A stretch of 64,000 nucleotides of DNA from Longimicrobiales bacterium (GTDB taxonomy: Bacteria; Gemmatimonadota; Gemmatimonadetes; Longimicrobiales; Gaopeijiaceae): the NCBI GenBank assembly GCA_965198065.1, contig CBDAON010000004.1, positions 2,080,001-2,144,000 of the forward strand, read 5' to 3'. Positions 46,828 to 57,075 of the stretch are shown here, one piece after another. The notes beneath the pieces were generated by a model, which saw only the letters and a program-made list of their open reading frames with translations, was not told the origin of the DNA and made no database searches. Positions within the stretch are counted from its first letter, which is position 1; every line of letters starts with the position of its first letter. A program made the translations under genes and the position numbers.

Positions 46828-48096
46828 TCAGGTCCCGCCGTTCAGACGGATGAACTTCTGCACCCGGTGGCCGCTCGACACCTCACCCGTGTACATGTTG
46901 CCCTGGGAGTCGAAGGCCATGTAGTGCAGCCAGTCGAACTGCCCGGCCTGTATCCTGCCGCGGCCCCACGAGTACACGACCTCGAGCGTCTGACGATCGA
47001 GCGTCCAGACCTTGTTGTTGGTCCCGTCCGGCACGTAGATGAAGCGCTGCTCGGTGTCCAGCGGATCGAACTCCACCTCCCAGGTGGACCCGGGTCCGAA
47101 CGTGTCGGGCGCGAGAACGCCCTCCTGGACGAACGTGCCGTCCTTCTGGAAGACCTGGATCCGGTTGCTCGGCCGGTCCGTCACGTAGACGAGACCGTCG
47201 TTCGAGATGGCCACGCCGTGAACCGGCGTCCGCCACGTCCGGGCCGGCGGCGCGTTCGGGTCGTACGGCCCGGGGTTCTCGTCCACCGGCGCCTCACCGT
47301 AGGCGCCCCAGTGCCGAAGGTACTCGCCCGTATCCGCGTTCCAGACCGAAAGGCGACGATTCCCGTATCCGTCCGCGACGAAGATCTCGTTCGTCGTCGG
47401 GTCCACCTCCATGACCGAGGCCCGGTTCACGGAATCCGTATCATTGCTCCCTTCGTTCATTCCCACGGCACCGATCTGGAGCACTAGCTCGCCTTCCTGG
47501 GTGAACTTCATCATGTGGTGGTCGTCACCGCCGTTCCCGGCGACCCAGATGAAGCCGTTGTGATCCGCGTGGATGCCGTGCTCGTTGTTGAACCACACGT
47601 ACTCACCGGTCGGGCTGTCGCCGCCCCACGCCTGGATCACGTTCCCCTCGGGGTCGAACCCGATCACGGGAGGCGCGGTGGTGCAGCAGAGGGACACGAG
47701 GGGATCGCTGCCCCACACGTTGTCCCGAGACGTCTGGGGGGGTGTCGATCCGCCGTTCGTGCCCTGGACGGTGTGCGGCCGATGGATGATCCAGAGGTTG
47801 TCGTTGCTGTCTACCGAGGTCCCGGCAACCTGGCCGATAATCCAGTTGTTGGGCAACGGTTGGGGCCAGAAGGGGTCCACCGCGAACTGCGCCACGCCCT
47901 CTGGCACCTGCGGCCCCGAGGCGTCCGGCGGCATGTTGGGCATCCCGGTCAGCACCCCCTGGGGCGCGCCGCCCGCGGCGCCGCCTCCGGCAGTGTCTCC
48001 GGCCTCGCACCCGGAGAGCAGCACCCCCGACGAGAGCGCGATGCCCAGCCACAGGGAGGGCCCTACGACCCGCTGACCTCTCGAGACTCCTCGCAT
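46828..48096 (-). CDS. NHL-repeat lipoprotein (peptidyl-alpha-hydroxyglycine lyase-like)
   Basis: AGGAGG RBS; lipobox LSGC; FAVDPFWPQPLP, EHGI, VADGYGNRR, VHGV. Confidence 0.82.
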   Translation of the reverse strand: MRGVSRGQRVVGPSLWLGIALSSGVLLSGCEAGDTAGGGAAGGAPQGVLTGMPNMPPDASGPQVPEGVAQFAVDPFWPQPLPNNWIIGQVAGTSVDSNDNLWIIHRPHTVQGTNGGSTPPQTSRDNVWGSDPLVSLCCTTAPPVIGFDPEGNVIQAWGGDSPTGEYVWFNNEHGIHADHNGFIWVAGNGGDDHHMMKFTQEGELVLQIGAVGMNEGSNDTDSVNRASVMEVDPTTNEIFVADGYGNRRLSVWNADTGEYLRHWGAYGEAPVDENPGPYDPNAPPARTWRTPVHGVAISNDGLVYVTDRPSNRIQVFQKDGTFVQEGVLAPDTFGPGSTWEVEFDPLDTEQRFIYVPDGTNNKVWTLDRQTLEVVYSWGRGRIQAGQFDWLHYMAFDSQGNMYTGEVSSGHRVQKFIRLNGGT

Positions 48097-48182
48097 GTGC
48101 GTTTCCTCCTGGGGAGATCCATGGGCGTTCGTGCGAAAACAGTAGGGCACGGCCGAGGGTTTGACCAGCCGGTGGCCTCTCT

Positions 48183-49019
48183 TCACCGCACACCCCCTGG
48201 GAATCCCCCCTCCGCCAGCCCGGAGATTTCCGGCCTCTGGGACCACAAAATGCCCTGCACGAGAAGGACGGTGTCGTCCGTGCGTCCCTCGAGCATGCGC
48301 CTGACCGTGTCCTCGCTGAGCGTGCCCGGATCGCCCCGGGCGAGGGTCTCGGGCGATCCCACCTCCGGTCCCTGGAGCTCACCGGGGTTCGCTTCGGGGG
48401 CAGTGTCCGCAGCCTCGTCTCCAGCACCTCCCGGGTCGGCCGATTCCTCCGACCTTTGCACCGGACCCTCGGCGTCGTCCCTGGCGTCTTCCACCGGTCC
48501 TTCCTCGAACACGAGGGCCATCTCGTCGTAGATCCGCGCTGCGAGGGCGAGATTCCAGAGGGCGTTCTCGTCCTGGGGACCGATGCGGAGGGCGGCCCGA
48601 CTGTGCTCCATCGAGCTCACGAGGAGCGGCACGGCGGAGAAGGGGTCCGAGTCGACGTCGAGGCCCTCGATGAGTCGGTAGGCCAGGTTGTAGTGCGCCC
48701 TCCACACCGCTTCGGGCTCCAGTCCCTCGGTCGCCCTGAGCAGGTGGCGCTCGGCCTCCTCCGAGCCGGTCCCGAGCAGGGCCGTTCCCAGGTTGTATGA
48801 GACCAGGAGGCCCAGGGTCGTAGTGTCGTCCAACCGCGACGCGTAGACTTCCGCCGCCGCCCGGGCCCTGCCTCCACGGAAGAGCCGGTTCCCGCGCTCG
48901 AGGCTGCGCCAGTCCTTGAACACGGCGACCCCGAGCACCATCGCGACCAGGACGCCGAAGGTCCACGCGGCCCTCCGGATCCGGCGCCTCCTCTTGTGCC
49001 GGGCCCAGTCGATGCGCAT
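48183..49019 (-). CDS. TPR-containing BatC-like membrane protein
   Basis: N-terminal TM helix, YNLGTALL, HYNLAY, ALWNLALA; acidic tail. Confidence 0.7.
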   Translation of the reverse strand: MRIDWARHKRRRRIRRAAWTFGVLVAMVLGVAVFKDWRSLERGNRLFRGGRARAAAEVYASRLDDTTTLGLLVSYNLGTALLGTGSEEAERHLLRATEGLEPEAVWRAHYNLAYRLIEGLDVDSDPFSAVPLLVSSMEHSRAALRIGPQDENALWNLALAARIYDEMALVFEEGPVEDARDDAEGPVQRSEESADPGGAGDEAADTAPEANPGELQGPEVGSPETLARGDPGTLSEDTVRRMLEGRTDDTVLLVQGILWSQRPEISGLAEGGFPGGVR

Positions 49020-49020
49020 C

Positions 49021-50055
49021 TCAGCCCTTCCTTCCGGAGGGCACGGGAGGCCGGCGCTCGCGCCCTTCCTCGATGAGGCTGTCGAGAAGGAAGAGGACGA
49101 GGGAGACCGCGACGAGCGCCGAGGCGAAGGTGCCTCCGGCCAGGTTCGCGGACGCGCCCACCGTGGGCGTGCGCGACTCCACGGCGCGCGCGACCCGGTC
49201 CAACCCGAACCCGTCACCAGCGCGGGCGTACTCTCCACCCCCGGCGCTGGCGATCCGCTCGAGGAGGGGCTCTTGGAGCCGCGAGATGTTCCCTCCGGAC
49301 AAGGTGGCGGAGGCCGCCCCGCCCGAACGCCGCCGGGAGGCTACCTCGTCGCCCTCCTCGGTGCCGACGCCGATCGCGTGCACGACGATGCCGCGGGCTC
49401 GAGCGTCTCGAACGGCGCCGATGACCTCGGACTCCGGCTGGCCGGCCTCCCCGTCGGACATCACGATGAGGACGCGCTCGGCCTCTCCGGGGCTCCCCTC
49501 GAGGAGCGCGACGCCCTCCCGGATGCCGGATGAGAGAAGGGAGCCCGGATCCTGCGGGCTCATCAGTGTCGGGGCCACCCCGTCCAGAAGAAACCGGACG
49601 GCACGGAGGTCGCTCGTGAGCGGGGCCAGCACGTAGCTCTTTCCCGCGAACAGGAGCACGCCGACCTGGCTCTCGTCGGCGCGATCGACCAGCTCGCGCG
49701 CGACCTCCATGGCCGTGGCCAGACGGGTCGGCTCCAGGTCGCCGGCCTGCATGGAGGTGGAGACGTCCACGGCTAGGATCACCCTCTTCGGCATTTCGGG
49801 CGCCCCGTCCACGGGCTCCTCGAGACGCTGGGGCTCTGAGGCGGCGAGGGCCACGAGCAGCGTGGCGAGGGCGAGCGCGACGATCCTCGCGTTTCGTCTC
49901 GAATAGAGGTCGAAGCGGGCCACGCGGAGCACCGCTGGCGGGCCGCCCAGGTGGTCGGCCAGGTGACGGAGGCGCCGACCCTGGCTCCGGAACCCGAGGA
50001 AGAGGAGCGCCATCACGGCCCCTCCCATCGCCAGGAGCTCCGGGTGCAGGAGCAT
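49021..50055 (-). CDS. vWA-domain protein (BatB-like)
   Basis: DVSTSM MIDAS, PTRL, APLTSD, VMSDGE, IGVGTEEG. Confidence 0.85.
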   Translation of the reverse strand: MLLHPELLAMGGAVMALLFLGFRSQGRRLRHLADHLGGPPAVLRVARFDLYSRRNARIVALALATLLVALAASEPQRLEEPVDGAPEMPKRVILAVDVSTSMQAGDLEPTRLATAMEVARELVDRADESQVGVLLFAGKSYVLAPLTSDLRAVRFLLDGVAPTLMSPQDPGSLLSSGIREGVALLEGSPGEAERVLIVMSDGEAGQPESEVIGAVRDARARGIVVHAIGVGTEEGDEVASRRRSGGAASATLSGGNISRLQEPLLERIASAGGGEYARAGDGFGLDRVARAVESRTPTVGASANLAGGTFASALVAVSLVLFLLDSLIEEGRERRPPVPSGRKG

Positions 50056-51029
50056 CACGGGATGACCCCCCAACGGGACCCTCTCAGCACCGCGTCGCAC
50101 CCGATCAGGAGCATCACTAGCGCCAGGAACCAGGGGCGCTCGGAGCGGCGCGTCTCGACTTCCGTCACGACTGGCGCCGGCTCCTCGATCCGATCGATTT
50201 CCCGGTAGATCGCGTCCAGACTCGCGGCGCTCGTCGCCTGAAAGTAGCGACCTCCCGTGAGGGACGAGACGCCCTGGAGCACCGTCACAACCTCCTCGGA
50301 GTCGGACCCGGGAACGGCTCCGACGTCACCGGCCTCCTGGTCGGGTGAGATGATGCCGATCGCGTGAATCCGCACGTCCATCGCCGCCGCCGCGCGAGCG
50401 GTCGCGAGGGGCAGAACCCCCGCGGCGTTGTGCGCTCCGTCCGTGAGGAGCACGATGACCCTGGGCTCGCGCTCGGACTCGAGCACGCGCCCGAGGGAGG
50501 TCAGGACGGCTCCCGAGATGTCGGTTCCATTCCTGACCAGGTCGACGGCGAGAGACTCCACGGCGGACACTACGAGAGCTTCGTCGGTCGTGGGAGGAAT
50601 CCGCGTGAACGCTTGCCCTCCAAATCCGACGAGCGCCAGCTCGTCCGAGGGACGGCTCGATGCGAAGCGGACGGCAGCCTCCCGCGCCACCTCGAGCCGG
50701 CTCCGGCCGGTCATGTCTTCCGCGAGCATGGACGTGGAGAGGTCGATGGCCAGCGCGATTGCCATGCCCTCCGACGAGACGCGTTCCTCGACGTAGATTC
50801 GCTCGGGCCCCGCGAGCGCGATGACGAGCGTGACGAGCGTCGCGGCGCGCAGGAGCCTGGGTGCGCCGAGCGCGATCGTCGATCCGGCCGTAGAGTGCCG
50901 AGGAACGAACCGCCCGCGGGCGAGCGAGAACAGCACCCCGCGACCTGCCCACGGCCAGACCCAGGTGGCCCAAAGGGGAAGCAAGAGCAGGAGGTAGAGC
51001 AGATCGGGGTGGGCGAAACCAAATCGCAT
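50055..51029 (-). CDS. vWA-domain protein (BatA-like)
   Basis: FAHPDLL N-terminus, DLSTSMLAED, GTDI, LLTDG, TGGRYFQA. Confidence 0.88.
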   Translation of the reverse strand: MRFGFAHPDLLYLLLLLPLWATWVWPWAGRGVLFSLARGRFVPRHSTAGSTIALGAPRLLRAATLVTLVIALAGPERIYVEERVSSEGMAIALAIDLSTSMLAEDMTGRSRLEVAREAAVRFASSRPSDELALVGFGGQAFTRIPPTTDEALVVSAVESLAVDLVRNGTDISGAVLTSLGRVLESEREPRVIVLLTDGAHNAAGVLPLATARAAAAMDVRIHAIGIISPDQEAGDVGAVPGSDSEEVVTVLQGVSSLTGGRYFQATSAASLDAIYREIDRIEEPAPVVTEVETRRSERPWFLALVMLLIGCDAVLRGSRWGVIP

Positions 51030-51283
51030 CAGGGCTCCTCGATCGGGCGGTCCGCGCGAGCCGTACGGCTTCGCGCCTGGCGGGACCGACGTGCGACAAC
51101 CACGACGCCCGGGCCCACCGATCCGTCCGTGGGCACGCTATCGACCTGGGGCCGGAGTTTCAAGCGCGCGAGGGCTCGACTCGTGACGTCGCTCGTCCCG
51201 GTCTTTGCCGTCGCGCGGTCCCCGATCTAGCTTGCCAGTCACCCGCATTTTCGACTGCCCACATTCGGCAAGGGAGTCGGCTC

Positions 51284-53026
51284 ATGGGCTCCACCGCTCT
51301 GAGGTTCACGGTCGTGTGTGCGTTCCTCGTCGTCCTGCTCGGGGCGGGGTGCAGGGGGGGTGGGGAGCTCGCCGACGCGGACTGGCCGATGTACCGTGGC
51401 GACATGGCGGGGACGGGCTACTCTCCCCTCGTCCAGATCACGCCTGGGAACGTGGGGACGCTGGCGCGAGCGTGGAGCTACTCCATCGAAGCCGCGGCCG
51501 ACGCCGACGGCCAGACACTGGCGCGGGCGCCGAACTCCCAGGCAACCCCGATCGTGCTCGGCGACCGCATGTACGTGCCCGCTGCAGACGGCGTCGTAGC
51601 CCTCGATCCGACGACCGGTCAGGAGGTGTGGCGCCGGCGGATCTCCGGTGACCCTCCGTCCCGGCGAGGGGTCGCCTATTGGCCGGGCGACGGAGAAACA
51701 CCGCCGCGCATTCTGTTCACGTCGGGGAGTCGTCTTCTGGCGGTGGACGCGGAGGAGGGGACGCCGGTTCCCGCCTTCGGGGTCGGGGGCGTGGTGGACC
51801 TTGGGATCCCGTACAACTCCGTGCCGTTCGTCTACGACGACATCGTCGTGGTCGGAGCGAACACGCCCCCCGGGACCGGTGGAGGTGTCGGAAACGCGCG
51901 GGCATTCAGCGCCCTGACGGGCGAAAAGCTTTGGGAGTTCAGCTCCGTCCCCCAACCCGGCTCGGTGGGGAACGACACGTGGGAGGGCGACAGCTGGCAG
52001 GGCCGCCTGGGGGTGAACGCCTGGCCGTTCTACTTCACCATGGACGAGGCGCGAGAGCTCCTCTACCTGCCCCTCGCGTCCCCCATTCCGGGAGCGTACG
52101 GGGGCGACCGGGGCGGCGCGAACCTGTTCGGAAACTCCGTGGTGGCCGTGCGCATCCGGACGGGGGAGTACGTCTGGCACTTCCAGACCATCCACCATGA
52201 TCTGTGGGACGCGGATCCGCCGGCTCCACCCGTCCTGTTCGACATTCCTCGAGGCGCTTCCTCCGTTCCGGCCCTCGGGGTGACCACCAAGTCCGGGTAC
52301 CTCTACATCTTGAATCGGGAGAGCGGGGAGCCAATCTACGGTGTCGAGGAGCGGCCGGTGCCCGCTAGCGACGTGCCCGGTGAGCGCTCCTATCCCACGC
52401 AGCCCTTCCCCGTGAAGCCGCCGCCCCTGGCCCGCGTGAGCTACGGACTGGGAGATTTGGTGACGGCGGACGACACGTCGCCAGAGCACGGCGCCGCCTG
52501 TGCCGCGCTCGTGGCCAGCGTGGGAGAGATCTACAACGCCGGACCATTCACACCGTGGGTGTACCGCCCGGAGGGTGGACCCGAGCGAACCACGCTCCTC
52601 TTTCCGGGGAGCGTCGGGGGTCCGAACTGGGGAGGTGTGGCCTTCGATCCGGGCTCGGGATACCTCTTCCTGTTCAGCCAGGATATCGGATGGCTGGGTT
52701 GGATGGAGAGGGCCGAAGACGGCTCCCCGGGAGACGTCGTCTGGCAGCGGCCGCTGGGGATCACCGAAGGGCTTCCCCCGGACCGCCGCAAAACCGGCCG
52801 GCCGGGACGCGCCGCCGCGATCGTCTCGGGGAGCGGGCTCCTCTTCATCGCTGCCACCGACGACAGCCGCTTCCGCGTGATCGAGGTCGCGACCGGACGC
52901 GAGCTCTGGGTGACGACGTTCGAGCGGAGGGGAAACGCGAATCCGATCACGTACCAGGGACGCGACGGGAGGCAGTACGTGGCCGTCGTTGCCACGGACC
53001 GGGTGGTCGCGTTCGCGCTGCCGTAG
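51284..53026 (+). CDS. PQQ-dependent dehydrogenase (glucose/quinate type) lipoprotein with probable internal deletion
   Basis: DWPMYRGD, QATPI, RRGVAYW, FQTIHHDLWD, GGPNWGG, GRQYVAV; usual CxxPPWG segment absent at ~52728. Confidence 0.85.
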   Translation: MGSTALRFTVVCAFLVVLLGAGCRGGGELADADWPMYRGDMAGTGYSPLVQITPGNVGTLARAWSYSIEAAADADGQTLARAPNSQATPIVLGDRMYVPAADGVVALDPTTGQEVWRRRISGDPPSRRGVAYWPGDGETPPRILFTSGSRLLAVDAEEGTPVPAFGVGGVVDLGIPYNSVPFVYDDIVVVGANTPPGTGGGVGNARAFSALTGEKLWEFSSVPQPGSVGNDTWEGDSWQGRLGVNAWPFYFTMDEARELLYLPLASPIPGAYGGDRGGANLFGNSVVAVRIRTGEYVWHFQTIHHDLWDADPPAPPVLFDIPRGASSVPALGVTTKSGYLYILNRESGEPIYGVEERPVPASDVPGERSYPTQPFPVKPPPLARVSYGLGDLVTADDTSPEHGAACAALVASVGEIYNAGPFTPWVYRPEGGPERTTLLFPGSVGGPNWGGVAFDPGSGYLFLFSQDIGWLGWMERAEDGSPGDVVWQRPLGITEGLPPDRRKTGRPGRAAAIVSGSGLLFIAATDDSRFRVIEVATGRELWVTTFERRGNANPITYQGRDGRQYVAVVATDRVVAFALP

Positions 53027-53128
53027 CTTCGCGTCGGGCGCCTATCCGCCCGAGGGTGCTCGCGGATCCCACAGGGCCGGCGGCGCGGAGCGCTCCGCCC
53101 AACGGGAGCCCCCCGGCCGTTTTGTGGA

Positions 53129-53568
53129 TCAGCCCTCCCGTACGGACGAGACCACCAGCTTGAAGCCATCTGGATCTTGGAGCCGGAACACACGCGCCCC
53201 CCAAGGCATGTCCTTCGGCTCGGACTCCAGGGTGCCGCCCCGCTCCTTGATGCCCCGCCCGATCTCGTCCACGTCCTGGGTCGTAGTCAACTGCATCGAG
53301 AAGCCCTGGCCCTTGACCCGGTCCCATCCCTTCGCGCCGTCGTCCTGAGCGAGCAGGAGCCGAACGCTCCCGGCAACCAGGCTGACGGCGCCGAGCTTGC
53401 CGTCGCGCTCGTGCCTCTCGGCGATCGTGAAGCCCACGACGTCGCGGTACCAGGCTAGGCTCTTCTCGATGTCGTTCACGGTCAGGAGGCGGAGAGCGCG
53501 CGGCCGCGGAGGGACGGCGGCTGCGATTGGTCTCGGCGGTCGACGACTTCGGGGGAACCGGGGGTCAT
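53129..53568 (-). pseudogene. VOC/glyoxalase family protein with frameshift near the 5' end
   Basis: ATG at 53568 gives ...LRGRALSAS*, then a shifted frame continues LTVNDIEKSLAWYRDVVGF...PWGARVFRLQDPDG. Confidence 0.7.
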
Positions 53569-53850
53569 GGGCGGTGCTCCGGGTGGGGGTGGTCGTCTCT
53601 GGTTGCTATAGGATCAATTGGGGCGACCCGTGGCGGATGGCAAGGGCGGCCCGGCTCGGGCTCCGGACGCGACGGAGGCGCGCAGCCGCGGATAGCCCAG
53701 GGCCAAGCTCTGGGGCTTCATGGGTCGGCTCTTCTCTTTCTGGTTCAAGAGCACCCGACCCGCACCCCCGTGGGTTCCGCAAGTGGCTCCCACGGGCCGG
53801 GAACCGGGGCGTTCGACCCAGGGGCGCCGCGCCCGATCCCGCTCTTCCCC

Positions 53851-55875
53851 CTAGCCCTCCCAGGCGTTGTTGTCGCGATCCACGTCGGGGAAGAGCTCGT
53901 CGGGGTCGATTTCGGCCCGTTCCACGGTCGCGCCGGCTGGGAGCGACACTGTGAGAGTGTGCCGCGTGGCTCCCTCGAGCCACACCTCGACCGGGATCGT
54001 CTCCACGAGCGTTTGCCCCCCGGAGAGCTCGAGCTCGATGGTCGCGGGCAAGGGCGCGCTCCCCAGGTCCATCACGGTCACGCGGGCGACCGGAGCGCCC
54101 GCCGCTCCCTGACCCATCTGAACGTCCTCGATCGCGTGATCCAGGTAAGCGGTCTCGTACCAGAAGGGGTGCCAGAACCAGTCCAGATCCCGGCCGGCGA
54201 CGGACTCGACGGTGTTGAAGAAGTCAAGCGGGTCGGGATGCCGGTACATCCACCGGTCGGTGTACTCCCGAAGGGCCTCCCAGACGGTGTCCTGTCCGAT
54301 TAGCGCCTCGAGCGTTTTCAACATCGTGGCCGGCTTCCAATACGACGCGAACGGGTACGTCCCGTTCGGACCGTGCAAATCTGCGTGCCGCATCGACGGG
54401 GTTTCGAAGTCCTCGCCCGCCACGCTCAGGTATGCGTTCTGGTCCGTCCGCCAGTACTCCGGCTCGTCGAAGTAGTCGCCGGTGGCATACCCCTCGATGT
54501 AGGTGGTGAGACCCTCGTCCATCCAGGCGTACGAGGGCTCGTTAGACCCGATCATCATCGGGTACCACATGTGCCCGATCTCGTGGTTGAGCGTCTCGTA
54601 GACCGTGCGTGCCTCCGGAAACGCCCTCACGAACGTGAGCATCGGATACTCCATGCCGCCCACCGGGCCCTCCGCTCCCGTCATCTGCGGCCAGGGATAG
54701 GGGTGCCAACGCTCCGCGTGGAAGGTCACGGCGTGCCGGACGTACTCGGCGGACTCGGACCAGGAGTCCACGGTCGGGCGGTACAGGGCGTGCACGGCGA
54801 CGACCTCGTCCTGGCCGTCGCCATTCGCGTCGGGTGTGATGGCGCGTGTGGCGTCCCACACGTACTCGCTCGACGTGGCGAACGCGAAGTCGCGGACCCC
54901 CTCCGCGCGGAAGCGCCACGTGAGCGTGCCCGTTGGGTCGGTCCTCGTGGCGGTTCCGGCGCCCCGCTCCGACTCTCCGACCACCTGGACGACCTCGTCC
55001 GAGACCAGCGCCCGATCCAATCGATCGAGAATCGTGCCCGGAAAGACTTCGTCACCGTTTTGGAGCGAGCCCGTCGCGCCCACGAGCCACCCCTCGGGCA
55101 CCGTGATCGCCACGTCGAAATCGCCGTACTCGAGGTAGAACTCCCCATTCCCCAGGTAGGGCCACGTGTGCCAACCCTCGAGGTCGTCGTAAACCGCAGC
55201 CTGCGGATACCACTGACCCACGTTGAAGAGCTCGCGATCGATGTGGCCCATGCGCGGGGCCCCCTCCGGGGGCACGACGAAGCTCCAGTCGATATCGAGC
55301 TCGGCGGAGCCCTGGACGGGAATGGCTGCATCCGGGTAGACGGCCATCAGCGTGCCCAGGACCAGGTATCCACCCCGCTGGGGCGTTTGGACCCGGCTCA
55401 GCTCCCGTCCCCCGAGCTCCACTCGCTCGATCGTCATGCCGCCCGTGATCGGCACGGTTCGAGTTCGATCGGCCCCTTCGGAGAAGAGGTTCTGGTAAAG
55501 GTGGAGGATCAGCACGCCAAGGGGCTCCGGCGATCGATTCCGGTACGTGATCGTCTCGCTTCCCTGGAGCGTTGTCGTCTCGGGATCGAGCTCGGCTCGG
55601 ATGTCGTAGTCGACCTCTTGGGTCCAGTAGTTGCGACCGGGGGCCCCCGACTCCGTCCTGGTTCCGGAGGCGATCGCAGCCTGAAATGCCCGGCTCACCG
55701 GAAGGGGCCGGGCGGCCCACCGAACTCCGGGTCTCTCAGCGGCGGCGGCGCCGGGGGCGAACGGTGCCAATACCGGTCCCGGTGCCGGCAACTGGGAGGC
55801 CGTGCCGGTCGCGCATCCGGTCGCCAGCAGGCCGGAGGTCGCCACGAGCCGAAGGGAGCGGAGACCGGAGCGCAC
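53851..55875 (-). CDS. M1-family metallopeptidase lipoprotein
   Basis: AAGGAGGT RBS; LATGC lipobox; GGMEYP, HEIGH...WMDEG. Confidence 0.9.
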   Translation of the reverse strand: MRSGLRSLRLVATSGLLATGCATGTASQLPAPGPVLAPFAPGAAAAERPGVRWAARPLPVSRAFQAAIASGTRTESGAPGRNYWTQEVDYDIRAELDPETTTLQGSETITYRNRSPEPLGVLILHLYQNLFSEGADRTRTVPITGGMTIERVELGGRELSRVQTPQRGGYLVLGTLMAVYPDAAIPVQGSAELDIDWSFVVPPEGAPRMGHIDRELFNVGQWYPQAAVYDDLEGWHTWPYLGNGEFYLEYGDFDVAITVPEGWLVGATGSLQNGDEVFPGTILDRLDRALVSDEVVQVVGESERGAGTATRTDPTGTLTWRFRAEGVRDFAFATSSEYVWDATRAITPDANGDGQDEVVAVHALYRPTVDSWSESAEYVRHAVTFHAERWHPYPWPQMTGAEGPVGGMEYPMLTFVRAFPEARTVYETLNHEIGHMWYPMMIGSNEPSYAWMDEGLTTYIEGYATGDYFDEPEYWRTDQNAYLSVAGEDFETPSMRHADLHGPNGTYPFASYWKPATMLKTLEALIGQDTVWEALREYTDRWMYRHPDPLDFFNTVESVAGRDLDWFWHPFWYETAYLDHAIEDVQMGQGAAGAPVARVTVMDLGSAPLPATIELELSGGQTLVETIPVEVWLEGATRHTLTVSLPAGATVERAEIDPDELFPDVDRDNNAWEG

Positions 55876-56154
55876 ATTCACCTCCTTGGCAGGGCGGCGA
55901 GAGGAAACCCGATGATGCCGATGCGGTCGGAGGCCGGTCCCAGCGTCTGCCCGGCCGGCCTCGATCGGCCCGAAACATATCCCGAGGCCGGCGGTAGAGC
56001 CACGCGTCCCGGAGCCCAACGAGCCGAAGGACGGTGGCGCAGCCGAGGCTCGGACCCGTAGCTTTCTCAGGGTTATAGGCATCGCACCGGGCGCGGACAC
56101 CAACGAGCGTGCGGTTGGCCCGCGCCAATCCGCTTCGAGCAGGAGCCGCCGACG

Positions 56155-56538
56155 TTGGCCACCATCCTGGTCGTGGACGACGACCCCAATACGCGGGTCC
56201 TCCTTAACAAGGTGCTCGGAGATGAGCTGGGCCACTCGCTGGTGTTCGCTCCGGACGGTGAGGCTGCGATCCTCAGGTACAATCGCGTGCGGCCCGAGCT
56301 GGTCATCACGGACCTGGTGATGCCGAACGTGGATGGTCTCAGCCTGATTAGGGAGCTCAAGTCCATGGGCGCGCCGGCCAGCATCATCGCGATTTCCGGA
56401 AAGGCGCCGGAGGGGTTTGAACGCGCGAAGGAAGCGGGGGTGGTGGCGGCCCTTCCCAAGCCGCTCGAACGTGAGGCGCTGGTCTCTGCCGTAGACGCCG
56501 CACTGGCGAGTCCAGATGCCGAGGACCGGATGGATTAG
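56155..56538 (+). CDS. single-domain response regulator (CheY-like)
   Basis: ILVVDDD, ITDLVMP, ISG, LPKP. Confidence 0.88.
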   Translation: MATILVVDDDPNTRVLLNKVLGDELGHSLVFAPDGEAAILRYNRVRPELVITDLVMPNVDGLSLIRELKSMGAPASIIAISGKAPEGFERAKEAGVVAALPKPLEREALVSAVDAALASPDAEDRMD

Positions 56539-56546
56539 GAGGACCG

Positions 56547-57005
56547 ATGCCGTATGGGAAGCCCAGATCGTACCGGGCCGGTCGAACGGGTGGGACGGCC
56601 CTCCTCATGCTCCTCGCGGGCTGCGGGGGTGATGGATCAGCCGGAGGAGGCGGGCCGAATGCCGCGGATCCTGCCGTGGAAGAACCCGCGCGCAGTCGGA
56701 ACGCCCCCGGAGTCCATCAGGTCGGATCGAACGAGTACGAGGTGGTCATACAGGCGTCTGAGGGCGGATACAGCCCCTCGGAGATCCACGTCCCCGTGGG
56801 AGCGCAGGTCACCTTTCGGCTCTTGTCGGTGGATATCCCCCACGGCTTCTTCATCGACGAGACCGGCGTGAAGCTGAGCCCCGTGCCCGAGGAGTACCGG
56901 GAGGCGGTCCACGTCTTCGACAGCGTTCGGGTGCACGACTTCTACTGCGACGAGTACTGCGGCGGAGGTCACGACTTCATGCGCGGGCGAATCATCGTCG
57001 AGTGA
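56547..57005 (+). CDS. CuA-type cupredoxin lipoprotein (cytochrome oxidase subunit II-like)
   Basis: LAGC lipobox; DIPHGF and CDEYCGGGHDFM CuA ligands. Confidence 0.82.
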   Translation: MPYGKPRSYRAGRTGGTALLMLLAGCGGDGSAGGGGPNAADPAVEEPARSRNAPGVHQVGSNEYEVVIQASEGGYSPSEIHVPVGAQVTFRLLSVDIPHGFFIDETGVKLSPVPEEYREAVHVFDSVRVHDFYCDEYCGGGHDFMRGRIIVE

Positions 57006-57075
57006 GGCCGAGGGCTTCTAGGCTGCGGCTACTGGGCCGCGCCTACGAGCGGGAGTGACTCGCCGGGAAGGAGAG

